DNA of 63,613 bases, the filler included, from Candidatus Woesearchaeota archaeon (GTDB lineage Archaea; Nanobdellota; Nanobdellia; Woesearchaeales; CAZJJJ01), in the NCBI GenBank assembly GCA_046538795.1. It is 5 parts of 5 records of this genome, joined end to end, with 100 filler letters (N's around TTAATTAATTAA, not from the genome) between each part and the next. Parts side by side here need not be neighbours in the genome. Positions count along the whole stretch, not along the records: positions 1 to 13,854 come from JBKHIF010000037.1; 4 more parts are not named here. One strand, 5' to 3'. Shown piece after piece: positions 1-9,614 of this stretch. Made by a program: the position numbers and the translations under genes. The notes beneath the pieces were generated by a model that searched no databases, was not told the origin of the DNA, and saw only the letters and a list, made by a program, of their open reading frames with translations. Position 1 is the first letter of the stretch. Every line of letters begins with the position of its first letter.

Positions 1-41
1 ATGATGTTCAAATTCCAGAATCAAGCCATTTTTGAAGAAAA

Positions 42-169
42 TGGCGCCGAGGCTGGGATTTGAACCCAGGTGCCCTTGCGGACAGTAGATCTTTGTGTAC
101 CATGCGTAGTGATCTAAGCACAAATGTACTTAGCAATCTACCGCAATGGCCAGGCTATGCGACCTCGGC
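42..169 (-). tRNA. tRNA-Ser(GCT) with 40-nt canonical (37/38) intron at 91..130; CCA encoded
   Basis: Reverse complement folds as GCCGAGG/CCTCGGC acceptor stem, GTAGA/TCTAC anticodon stem with TT-GCT-A loop, long variable arm TGTCC-GCAA-GGGCA, GGTTCAAATCC T-arm, G73 and CCA. Confidence 0.93.
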
Positions 170-226
170 ATATTTAGAAAAAAGAAAAACAACTTCTTTA
201 AAAACTTAACTGATGAGCAAATTAGA

Positions 227-371
227 ATAACTCAAACCGATGGCTATTCCCCGACCTGCTCGAAGAGTACCCTTGCAGGGCAAACCCCACAAAAACGAAA
301 AGAAATTTTTTAAATTTCTGCGCACATTGAAACAAGGTTTCAATCGTGTTTCATGCGAAATGTTCAATAAA
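227..371. repeat. Dispersed structured repeat R1, copy 1 (full length, 145 bp)
   Basis: 8 mismatches over 145 ungapped bp to 45797..45941; first 61 bp also match 32936..32996. Confidence 0.95.
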
Positions 372-414
372 CTTAACATAAACTATTTAAAGCATCTAAA
401 AGATTGAATTTCAT

Positions 415-2403
415 ATGAAAAAATTTATGCTTATCATCGCATTGATTCTGATATCTTCATCAGTAATTGGCGCAGACAACCTTGATGATATAATAAATGC
501 AGAATCAGCACTCATGCGCATCCAGATATCATCTGAATTTGAAATAATACCAAAGTCATCAGGATACTCAATATCACAGCTGGAAGCAAAAACATCATTC
601 TATCCTCAAACATCTGACAGACAAACCCTCCATTCTATAAATATTGTTCCCGGAGATTATACGCTTAAAGATAATGTTTTAGAATTCCTGTGGGAATTTC
701 CTAAAGAAAGAAAATATTATTATATGGTCGACGCAGAGATTGTCACATCAGGAGAACCTGTAAAGGTTAAAAAAAAGATTCCCTTCCCCAGAAAAGATAA
801 CCTTTATCCTGATTTTGCTTCTGCGTCTGAACATATTGATTCTGATGATGAAGACATCATAGAACTTGCCAGATCATTAAGTTTAGGGAAAGACGACTAT
901 TATGAAGTTGTCCTGGATATCGCAAAATGGGTCAATCATAACATAGACTATAATCTAAGCACGCTTACTGCTGATGTAAGCCAGCCTGCGTCCTGGGTAC
1001 TTGAAAACAGGAAAGGAGTCTGTGATGAGATGACATCGTTATTCATCGCCCTGCTACGGGCAGTCAATATACCAGCGAAATATGTATCTGGGGTCTCATA
1101 TACCAACTCACCGCTTTTTGACTATGATTTTGGAGCGCACGGCTGGGCTGAGGTATATTTTCCTGACTACGGCTGGATTCCATTTGATGTAACTTACGGA
1201 GAATATGGATATATAGATGCGTCACATGTAGCTCTTAAAAAAAGCATTGATTCAGGAGAATCATCAACCTTCTATGGATGGAGGGGACGAAACGTAGATG
1301 TCACATCCTCAAAACTGAACATAGAAACAGAAGCCTTGTCGATCAGGCAGCCTCTTCCTGAAACATTTGATATATCTGTGATGCCCCTGAAAAAGAATGT
1401 GGGTTTCGGATCATACAACATTGTGGAAGCGACAATAAAAAACAATAAGAACTATTACATACCTGTTGCAATAAGACTTTCCAAAGTCCAAAATATGGAA
1501 ATACTAACAGATAATCCACATTTCCTGCTTTTCAGGCCTGATGAGATCAAAAAGATATACTGGATTGTTAAAGTTTCTGAAGATCTTAGTTCAAGATATA
1601 CATATACGTTCCCGCTAAGCGCTGAAAGGACAAGACGAAATGAATCAGGAACAAGTGAATTTAAGGTAACGTCAGACTATCCTTATTACTCAAGAAATGA
1701 ACTGGAAGAACTAAAAGAACAAAAAAAAGACGAATTTCAGAAAAGCTACAGTGAAAAAATATTGTTCTACTGTGAATCTGAAAAAGATATATTTTATGAA
1801 GATGAAATTCCTGAATTGATGTGCACTCTTGATAATCTTGGAAAAGACTATCTTAATGACATAGAGATTTGCATAGATTCTGAATGCCAAACAAAAAGCC
1901 TTCCTGGAAACAGTTCAGAAGAGATTACATTCCTGCTTAAGAATATTGATTTTGGAACAAAACAACACACAATCATTGCTTCCAACCAGGAAATCTCAAA
2001 ATCAGACAGCGTAGAAATTTCCTATCTTAAATACCCTAAAGTCAATATCCTCAATTTCACATATCCTAAATCAATAGAATATGATAAGGATTTTAATATA
2101 AGATTTATAATATCAGGACATAATGAGCCAAAAAATATTGTCGTAAATCTCAATGTAAATTCATTGAGCAAGACATGGAACCTTGACAGTCTTCCTATAG
2201 ATAGGGAATTCATAATAAAGATGAACAGCAAAGATCTTTATCCCAGCGAGAACAAAATTAACCTTAAAGTGGTCTATTATGATTATGAGGAAGAACCATA
2301 TGTTGTCGAAGAAGACTATTCGATGAATCTTGAAAACTTAGATTTTTTCAGAAAAATAGTTCTTCAGATAAAAAGGATCATTGACAGGTGGGCTATAGCC
2401 TGA
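415..2403 (+). CDS. Secreted transglutaminase-like domain protein
   Basis: N-terminal signal peptide; GVCDE...HGWAEVY...FDVT Cys-His-Asp triad motifs. Confidence 0.85.
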   Translation: MKKFMLIIALILISSSVIGADNLDDIINAESALMRIQISSEFEIIPKSSGYSISQLEAKTSFYPQTSDRQTLHSINIVPGDYTLKDNVLEFLWEFPKERKYYYMVDAEIVTSGEPVKVKKKIPFPRKDNLYPDFASASEHIDSDDEDIIELARSLSLGKDDYYEVVLDIAKWVNHNIDYNLSTLTADVSQPASWVLENRKGVCDEMTSLFIALLRAVNIPAKYVSGVSYTNSPLFDYDFGAHGWAEVYFPDYGWIPFDVTYGEYGYIDASHVALKKSIDSGESSTFYGWRGRNVDVTSSKLNIETEALSIRQPLPETFDISVMPLKKNVGFGSYNIVEATIKNNKNYYIPVAIRLSKVQNMEILTDNPHFLLFRPDEIKKIYWIVKVSEDLSSRYTYTFPLSAERTRRNESGTSEFKVTSDYPYYSRNELEELKEQKKDEFQKSYSEKILFYCESEKDIFYEDEIPELMCTLDNLGKDYLNDIEICIDSECQTKSLPGNSSEEITFLLKNIDFGTKQHTIIASNQEISKSDSVEISYLKYPKVNILNFTYPKSIEYDKDFNIRFIISGHNEPKNIVVNLNVNSLSKTWNLDSLPIDREFIIKMNSKDLYPSENKINLKVVYYDYEEEPYVVEEDYSMNLENLDFFRKIVLQIKRIIDRWAIA

Positions 2404-3483
2404 TCATGATTTCTTTTTTAGATTAACAGCACCCACAGGACAGGCTTCAAGACACCTGTAACATTGTATGCACTTCTGATAATCTATTTTCATCTTGTTG
2501 CCATTCATAAATATGGCCTCCACAGGACAATTCTCAAGGCATGCTGCGCATCTTATGCACTTATCATTAATTTCTGGATACGAAAACGATTTTTCTTTGT
2601 TTTTTGCTCCCATATTAATTATGTAATTCTTGTGCTTTTGGAATTTTACTCTCGTTGGCTTATCGCCCAGAATCTCAATTTCAGGGATTTTTGCAGTTCC
2701 AAGCCTTTTTTTATGCGCCCAAAGAAGCAAAGGGATGCAGCTTATCTTGTGACCTGTCATTTTGGATGCAAGAGCATCTATCGAAACAGGATCGGTTCCT
2801 GAAATTACATATCCCATATTGACCGGATCACCAAATGCAGGACCTTCATCTCCATCCATCGCTACAACTGCATCCATGATAGTTAAATCAAACCTCATAG
2901 CAGAATATGTATCAACAACAGCTTTTGAAAAGTCTTCTCCAGGATAATTCTTGTGTATCTCTCCCCTTTGTTCCGGACGTATGCAGCCAAAACAATTCTT
3001 TATGGCGCCTGTTATGTATGTCCCTCCATGACTCTTGAATTTAGGGAGATTGATTATCAGATCAAATTTTTTCATCTTCTCAGCAACATCGACTGTCTTG
3101 AGAACCAACGGATTTTTTATCCTTGTAGTTATGAATTTTCCAGTCTGGAAATCTATCAGCTTTACTCCTGTTTCTTTTGCCATATCTATGATTCCCAAAT
3201 TCTTGAATGCCCTTTTATTAATTCCTGGTTGGTCTGAAGCAACAAGCTCACCTATATATGGCTTTCCTCCTGCTTCAGATACAATCTCAATCACAGCTCT
3301 CAAGAAGATCTTATCTGTCATTGCATGAGGAAGAGCATCAACTGCGAAAAGGTTAGGCTTAAGCAGAACCCGTTTCCCGGGAACTATGAATCTTTTTATG
3401 CCTCCTAGAAGCTCAAGAGATTTTTTTATATCATTCTTAATATCAGAATAATCATCTGTTTTTACAAGAGATATCTGTGACAT
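2404..3483 (-). CDS. DUF362 domain protein with C-terminal 2x[4Fe-4S] ferredoxin
   Basis: VLLKPN, INLPKFKSH, TGAIKN motifs; two CxxCxxCxxxCP motifs. Confidence 0.88.
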   Translation of the reverse strand: MSQISLVKTDDYSDIKNDIKKSLELLGGIKRFIVPGKRVLLKPNLFAVDALPHAMTDKIFLRAVIEIVSEAGGKPYIGELVASDQPGINKRAFKNLGIIDMAKETGVKLIDFQTGKFITTRIKNPLVLKTVDVAEKMKKFDLIINLPKFKSHGGTYITGAIKNCFGCIRPEQRGEIHKNYPGEDFSKAVVDTYSAMRFDLTIMDAVVAMDGDEGPAFGDPVNMGYVISGTDPVSIDALASKMTGHKISCIPLLLWAHKKRLGTAKIPEIEILGDKPTRVKFQKHKNYIINMGAKNKEKSFSYPEINDKCIRCAACLENCPVEAIFMNGNKMKIDYQKCIQCYRCLEACPVGAVNLKKKS

Positions 3484-3521
3484 TAAAGAAAGAAACTAAC
3501 TGAGAATTAAAATATTTTCTA

Positions 3522-3842
3522 TCATATAAGAAAATCTACAAGAGTACCTGGTTCATCAATATCATCAGATGGCTTTCCTGAGGAATCATACCCTATAACA
3601 GGACCTTCTTCATGCAAATCCACTTTTCTTGGACCTATAATAGCAACCCTGGAAACAGGATTAACCTTCTGACTAAGTTCAAGTGTTCTTTTAGCTATAA
3701 CTTCATCTATCTTACTGGCCTCTTCTCGCTGGTTTATCCGATTTGGATAAAGTTCATGACCATGAAAAATTGATGAATATACAGATCTAACCTTAAGAAG
3801 GTAATGTGAATTCTCCATCCGTTGAAAATTAATTCCAGTCAT
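3522..3842 (-). CDS. Hypothetical protein
   Basis: 106-aa ORF with upstream GGT and TATA-like box; no recognised motif. Confidence 0.55.
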   Translation of the reverse strand: MTGINFQRMENSHYLLKVRSVYSSIFHGHELYPNRINQREEASKIDEVIAKRTLELSQKVNPVSRVAIIGPRKVDLHEEGPVIGYDSSGKPSDDIDEPGTLVDFLI

Positions 3843-3929
3843 CTTACCACTACTAAGTAAACAATACTTTATAAAGTTAACTGATTTTTATTCTCGCAGA
3901 AATGTCAATTAAAAAATATAAACTGATAT

Positions 3930-4379
3930 TTAATTATAGTTCCATATTTCATCAGAAGGCCTGTGTATGTTTTTTACAACCTTTCCTGAATCTGCTTTCT
4001 CCATGTCTTGTGAAGATAAAAGCGCAATCCCAATCACAAAAGGCATCTTGTTTTTTTCATCGACAATAGCTATCGGATCGCCTTTTTCTATCCCCAAATC
4101 TATATCTCTTATTCCTGGTTTCATAAGATCAGAACCTGAGCTAAGTGGTTTTACTGCCCCCATGTCAACAGTCACTTTCTTAAGGTTCATCAGATATTCT
4201 TGTCTTGAATTCAGCCGCGGGATTATCATATCTTCATACAAAAAGAAATCCGGCTTTCCATTCACCAAAAGGATATTGCCATCTAACTTAAGATCATCTT
4301 TTTTTCCCACAATGCAACCATATTTCTCAAGCTTAGGGGAGATATCTTTGATCTCTGATTTTCTTAACTGTTTGTGCAT
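3930..4379 (-). CDS. PUA-domain RNA-binding protein (DUF1947/Tma20-like)
   Basis: VTVDMGAV..LSSGSDLMKPGI and SGKVVKNIH...DEIW motifs. Confidence 0.88.
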   Translation of the reverse strand: MHKQLRKSEIKDISPKLEKYGCIVGKKDDLKLDGNILLVNGKPDFFLYEDMIIPRLNSRQEYLMNLKKVTVDMGAVKPLSSGSDLMKPGIRDIDLGIEKGDPIAIVDEKNKMPFVIGIALLSSQDMEKADSGKVVKNIHRPSDEIWNYN

Positions 4380-4431
4380 ATGATAAAAAAAATCAAAAAA
4401 CTATATAAATGTCTTGGTCTGAAATAAGCCT

Positions 4432-5055
4432 ATGGCTCAAAAAAAGGAAAAATACTGCATATACCTATTCAGGCATTCTCAGACATTCTACAACAAAAAA
4501 AAGATTTTTACAGGCTGGAAGGATTCAAAGCTTACACCTTTTGGTAAAAAACAGGCGCAGATGGTCTCAAAAAAACTCAAGGATGTTGATTTTAGAGTTG
4601 CATATCATTCAGGCCTGACCAGATCAAAAGATACCTTAAAGGCAGTCTTAAGATACCACCCTGAGTGCAAGACTATAATAAAAGACAGAAGAATAATCGA
4701 AAGAAGCTACGGAGATTTTGCAGGACACACCCACAAATGGGCTTACGAAAAGTTCGGCGAAAAAGAGTTTGAAAAATATCATAGGGGTTATGATTACCCT
4801 CCTCCAAAAGGAGAAAGCCTGAAAATGGTAAAAGCCCGCGTCGATGATTTCTTAAAAGATCTTTTCAAAAAGATTAAAGACGAAAAGATAAATGTTGCAA
4901 TCTCTGCTCATGGAAACTCAATGAGACCTATGAGAAAATATTTTGAAAAACTAAGCCAAAAAGAGATGATAAGCCTTGAAAATCCATGGGATGATTATTT
5001 TTCATATGAAATAATATTTGAAAAAGGAAAACCAAAAATAAAACGAACTCATTGA
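4432..5055 (+). CDS. gpmA: Histidine phosphatase superfamily, 2,3-BPG-dependent phosphoglycerate mutase-like
   Basis: LFRHSQT..N...FTGW.D..LT, ERSYG, PPKGESL, SAHGNSMR motifs. Confidence 0.75.
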   Translation: MAQKKEKYCIYLFRHSQTFYNKKKIFTGWKDSKLTPFGKKQAQMVSKKLKDVDFRVAYHSGLTRSKDTLKAVLRYHPECKTIIKDRRIIERSYGDFAGHTHKWAYEKFGEKEFEKYHRGYDYPPPKGESLKMVKARVDDFLKDLFKKIKDEKINVAISAHGNSMRPMRKYFEKLSQKEMISLENPWDDYFSYEIIFEKGKPKIKRTH

Positions 5056-5071
5056 TTGATAAATCTTAATC

Positions 5072-5488
5072 TTATGAAGCAACTGCACATCCGGTTATAT
5101 CAGACAGCTCCTGTATAGATTTCACACCTACATATTTTTCTCCCTGATATATCCATGTCGGAAAATATTGTATCTCTGCATTAGTACATGCAGCCCTGTT
5201 TTCATAGCAGTCGATATAATTTACATATTGAAAAGATGAACCAAAAAGATTTTTTTGAGAATTACACGCACCGCATGTCTCTGAGCCATACATTATCATG
5301 CCTGATTCAGAAAGGCATTTGGCAAAAGAATCATAATCTCCCGGCAAATCTGAATAATTATCATCACCTGAATCTCGTGATAAAAGAAAACCAACTGCAA
5401 AAACAAGTACAATAAAAACAGCTGCAAGTATGATATTTTCTTTTCGCTTAGATTCTTTATCTCTTCTATGCAATTTCTTTCGTTCCAT
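5072..5488 (-). CDS. Membrane-anchored thioredoxin-fold protein (CGAC)
   Basis: TM helix, YGSETCGAC, FPTW motif. Confidence 0.8.
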   Translation of the reverse strand: MERKKLHRRDKESKRKENIILAAVFIVLVFAVGFLLSRDSGDDNYSDLPGDYDSFAKCLSESGMIMYGSETCGACNSQKNLFGSSFQYVNYIDCYENRAACTNAEIQYFPTWIYQGEKYVGVKSIQELSDITGCAVAS

Positions 5489-6766
5489 CTATATCAACCC
5501 CAAAATTATCGCAAGCCCAAGACCTAAAAATACAAGTCCTGAAACAAGCTTCATCATCTTCTTGTTTGAATTTCTCCAGCGCTCCAGCGCTCCAGTTTTT
5601 TTTCCCGCATATATTATTATAAACAGGAAAACAAGCGGCAGTATAAACATTATGTTATAAAGTATGATATAAGGCATTGCCTGTCCAAGAAGCGCAGTCT
5701 TGTTCCTAAGCATCTCAAGTATTGCATAATAAATAGATGCTGAGCAGGGTGCTTCAAGTATTGCAAGTATTACTCCAAGGACGATAGCTGCAGGTATGCT
5801 CGCGTAATTGATCCATTTCTGTATTATCTTTTTTGTGCCTTTAGGTATTTGAAGAGAAAATCCTTTACCATAAGCAAAATAATCCTTTATATTGATAATA
5901 CCGGCAACAATAGCTATGCCTGCTGCAAATTTTAGAGGAATACTGCTACCTTTGAATACAAGGTCAGAAAACCAATATACGATGACTCCCAAAGTGATGT
6001 TTGCAAGGACAAATGCGATTATGTAACTAAGCCCGATCTTGAATACGCGTTTTTTTGAACCTGATATCTCAAGCAGTATTGTCATCATAAATATAAGTAC
6101 TGCAAAAGCGCAAGGGTTAACACCGTCGACAAGACCTGAAACTACTATTGCAGGAACAGTTTTATACCAAACAAGCTCCCCTTCATCGCCTATGCCTGGA
6201 ACATACGGCTGGGAATCATTAAGATCAGAATGGCAAGACATGACTCCTGCAAGAGGACAGACACGCTCATCAGAATCAAGCATCTGATCAATCTTTGCTT
6301 CCAGATTATTCTTAATATCAGTCTCTCCTACAAAGTAATTGTTTCCTATTGCTACCAGAGGAATCTCTTTTCCTTTGTATTGCCGTTCCTGGCAAAAATA
6401 ATTATATATCTCAAAATTTGTCATCTCATCTATGTTTAGTTTTGTAAGAGCTACTTCAGGATATTTTTCTTCAATATTATCTATGAAAGGCTTAAGTGAC
6501 TGGCAATGAGAGCAATATTCAGAATAAAAATATATCACGCAGATCTGGCCTTCCTCATGCTGCTCCCACATCTCATCCACAATATCTTCAGCATCTGAGG
6601 CAGAAAAAAGAATAATGTTATCATCCTCAGATTTTGTTTCACATGACTCGTCATCAACAGAGCAAGTTTCTTCTGCTGTTATTCCTGTAGAAAAAAATGA
6701 TGTAAAAAACATCAAAACCAAAAAGAGTATTGTTACGTCTCTGAAATTCATCCTGATTACATGCAT
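5489..6766 (-). CDS. Thioredoxin (CSHC) + CcdA/DsbD-type membrane electron transporter
   Basis: CSHC; TM region with DGVNPCAF and LEAPCS cysteines; start estimated. Confidence 0.82.
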   Translation of the reverse strand: MHVIRMNFRDVTILFLVLMFFTSFFSTGITAEETCSVDDESCETKSEDDNIILFSASDAEDIVDEMWEQHEEGQICVIYFYSEYCSHCQSLKPFIDNIEEKYPEVALTKLNIDEMTNFEIYNYFCQERQYKGKEIPLVAIGNNYFVGETDIKNNLEAKIDQMLDSDERVCPLAGVMSCHSDLNDSQPYVPGIGDEGELVWYKTVPAIVVSGLVDGVNPCAFAVLIFMMTILLEISGSKKRVFKIGLSYIIAFVLANITLGVIVYWFSDLVFKGSSIPLKFAAGIAIVAGIINIKDYFAYGKGFSLQIPKGTKKIIQKWINYASIPAAIVLGVILAILEAPCSASIYYAILEMLRNKTALLGQAMPYIILYNIMFILPLVFLFIIIYAGKKTGALERWRNSNKKMMKLVSGLVFLGLGLAIILGLI

Positions 6767-6865
6767 CACCAAATTGTATTTAAATATATTGATTAGTTGG
6801 GGCAAAAAACTAAACAAAAAGAAAAGATGATTAAGAAAAAAGAAAAAAAGAAAAAAGAAAAAATT

Positions 6866-8602
6866 TTAACACTGTCCTGCGGCTGCGGTCTGCGTGTCAT
6901 CAAGTTCAACATCGCATGCATCAGGTTTCTCATCAAGATACTCACAGACAGCTGAAAGCATAGCAGCAGGATTTCTTGAACCCATGTATGCTTCCCCATC
7001 TATATATATTGCTGGAGAACCTGTCGCTTTAAAGAGTTCAGAAAGCCTCATATCTTCGGCAGCATATTCTTCAGCATCTTCTTCTTCGCAAGCGCTTATT
7101 GTGTCTACATCATAGCCAAGGCCTTCTGCAACATCCTGCCAGCAGGAATCTGCATTTGAATATGTGCATTCTGAATTCATCTCGATTGCAAAATCAAACC
7201 ATGCATCCATACCATATTCATCCATTACACAAAGTTCTCTTATGTTCTGGTTTGCTTCCTGAACCCCATGCATCGAGCAATAAGTGCTGTCTTCATCAAT
7301 GCAGTAACTGTCTCCACCACCCTGATAATTCTCATAATAAATATATCTTGGGTTGAAATCAACATGGTCTTTCATCACATCATAAACCTCTTTTATGATT
7401 TCTTCTGCCTGGTTGCCGTATGGACAATAGCTCATGACAAAGAAATCCATCTGAGGCCTTCCGTCATCCAGAGTTATGCCCATAGCTTCAAGAGTCTCAA
7501 GACGTTTTTCTTCACTCACGTAATAGCTTGCGCCTGTCTGCGAGTCAATTATCTTATAATAGCCATCGCCAAGGTCTTCAAATGCATTTGCCAATGCAGG
7601 ATTCTCTTCCATGCTTTCTGCATCCATAAAAGAATCTCCTTCAAAGATATACGAAGGGACAATATCTATTCCTAAATCCTCAACAAGAGTTTTTCCCTCT
7701 TCGTCATTCACATCTACAAACTTAAATTCTGCTCCAGGGAAAAGCCTCTTTATAGCAGACTCAAGACTTGCTGTAGGACATGACTTGCACTCTTTATCGT
7801 TTAAGATAATAACATCTACTGCAACAGGTTCCGGGATCTCATCGCACGCTTCAGGTTTTTCTCCTTCAAAAGCATTGCACAAAGCTCTCATGAAATCCAT
7901 TTCAGCACGTCCGCCGGAATATGACTCTCCGTTTAGAAATATGGTCGGAGAACCGGTTGCCTGTCTTTCTTGCGCTCTTGCAAAACTCTCTCTCAGAAGA
8001 TCATCTCCTTCTTCACTTTCATAGCATGATCTGATAGATTCAACATCAAGTCCGGAATCTTCTGCACAGGATTCCCAGTTATCAGGTATCTGTGCAGCAT
8101 TCTGGTTCATGCATTTTATCATATCCATGTACTTGTCCGGGTTATATTCTATAGCGCAAAGCTGGACCTTGTTTCCAAGAACTTCAGGTTCGCCATGAAG
8201 ACTCTGGAAATTTCCATCACCAAGATCGGTACCTATGAAATCAAGCTTAAAATCAACGCCTTCACCCATCTTTTCAAGGACAGGCGCAATAGAATTCTCT
8301 ACCTGTACACCATATGGACACTGGCTCATGACATAAAATTCAAGCTCAACTTTCTCTCCTGAAAAAGATGACTCTTTTGCTTCATTACCGCCACCTTCAA
8401 AATCAGACCTTGAAGGCAACATGTTTGCAATAAAATTACCTGTCAAACCCACATTGAATCCGCCTGTGAAAACAGACACTACAAGGAGTATCCCAAGCAC
8501 TGCCAATACAAGCTTCAATGTTTTAGAATCGCCAGAAGATTTATTGAAATATTGATCTGCCGAAGTATGCGTTTTGCTCATCTCACTTCTCTTTAGGCTC
8601 AT
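6866..8602 (-). CDS. Exported multi-domain DsbA/GILT-like thioredoxin-fold protein
   Basis: TM anchor; two MSxCPYG...SxHG..E...GSP repeats plus a central CKSC domain. Confidence 0.78.
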   Translation of the reverse strand: MSLKRSEMSKTHTSADQYFNKSSGDSKTLKLVLAVLGILLVVSVFTGGFNVGLTGNFIANMLPSRSDFEGGGNEAKESSFSGEKVELEFYVMSQCPYGVQVENSIAPVLEKMGEGVDFKLDFIGTDLGDGNFQSLHGEPEVLGNKVQLCAIEYNPDKYMDMIKCMNQNAAQIPDNWESCAEDSGLDVESIRSCYESEEGDDLLRESFARAQERQATGSPTIFLNGESYSGGRAEMDFMRALCNAFEGEKPEACDEIPEPVAVDVIILNDKECKSCPTASLESAIKRLFPGAEFKFVDVNDEEGKTLVEDLGIDIVPSYIFEGDSFMDAESMEENPALANAFEDLGDGYYKIIDSQTGASYYVSEEKRLETLEAMGITLDDGRPQMDFFVMSYCPYGNQAEEIIKEVYDVMKDHVDFNPRYIYYENYQGGGDSYCIDEDSTYCSMHGVQEANQNIRELCVMDEYGMDAWFDFAIEMNSECTYSNADSCWQDVAEGLGYDVDTISACEEEDAEEYAAEDMRLSELFKATGSPAIYIDGEAYMGSRNPAAMLSAVCEYLDEKPDACDVELDDTQTAAAGQC

Positions 8603-8830
8603 TTTTTCACCTCAGTTTTGCTGTATAACTGCAATATAATGGAAACCATGATATCATGCTTACAATAAATCGCATCTAACTAACAGCAAAATCAAATAAA
8701 TACTAAAAAGGTGAAACCAGAAGCATTTATAAAAGTTTTGTGTAATCCGTATAAAGATCAGTTTGATTTATTTTGATTTAGAAATATCTTTTTTTAGAAA
8801 ACTTTATAATGATCGAACCCATAAAAATGA

Positions 8831-9526
8831 TTGATGAAATGTTCATATACTAATCAGGTTATCAAAAGCAATTCTTATGTCAGGCGCTTCAGGAACAGGT
8901 TTTTAGGTAAAGATGGTTATCCAAAGTATCTTAATTTCATCCTGAAAAAAGATGCTGAGCGGAAAAAGGAACTCGATAAGATCAAAGATGTAGAATTTCA
9001 AAGCCTGCTTTCTGTCTGTGTAAAAAACATGAGGCTTATCTTTGGGATGTTCAGAAATGATTTTGATGAGAATCTTGCAGACGCCCTTATCCAAAGAAAA
9101 GACGACAATGGCTATTTTTTTGAAAGAATCTGCATATATCTGGAAAAAGAAGATATATCGGACATGATGTTTGATATAAGAAATATGCTTTCGCTGGAAT
9201 ATGATCTTATAAGCATAATACAAAACATAAACAAGAAAGATTATTCAGAATACAAGCAAGAGCTAAAGGGCCAGGTAAACTCAGAACTTCTGGGAATATT
9301 TGAAAAGCTTATAAAATTCATGGAAAACATAAACATACTTTACGATGATTATCTTGAGACATTTGCAGATGAAACATTTGCGATAAGAGATGAAATACTC
9401 ATGCTTATGGATGATTATGTAAAAAAGATAAACCCTGCTTCTATCATGATGATACTACGAAAGATAACATCACACTGCTATGAGATGCTTTATTTTATTG
9501 ATAAGATTTATGAGTTTGAAAATTAA
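8831..9526 (+). CDS. Hypothetical protein
   Basis: 231-aa ORF, no recognised motif. Confidence 0.6.
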   Translation: MMKCSYTNQVIKSNSYVRRFRNRFLGKDGYPKYLNFILKKDAERKKELDKIKDVEFQSLLSVCVKNMRLIFGMFRNDFDENLADALIQRKDDNGYFFERICIYLEKEDISDMMFDIRNMLSLEYDLISIIQNINKKDYSEYKQELKGQVNSELLGIFEKLIKFMENINILYDDYLETFADETFAIRDEILMLMDDYVKKINPASIMMILRKITSHCYEMLYFIDKIYEFEN

Positions 9527-9614
9527 TTTATTTCGTGAAGTTTTTTTTTATTAATAAATAAGTAATGCTTATAAATTTACTAAAGTTCCTTTTTCTGTAA
9601 CTTAAAGCCAAGAG

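Noticed and set aside
210..237. CTGATGA as a hammerhead ribozyme core
   Set aside because: No correctly placed GAAA or flanking stems, and it lies outside the conserved repeat
276..300. CAGGGCAAACC resembling a c-di-GMP-I riboswitch start
   Set aside because: Lacks the GNRA-capped P2 and the downstream GCAAAG/receptor elements
326..344. ATTGAAAC / GTTTCAAT resembling CRISPR repeat ends
   Set aside because: It is a single hairpin inside R1 with no repeat-spacer periodicity
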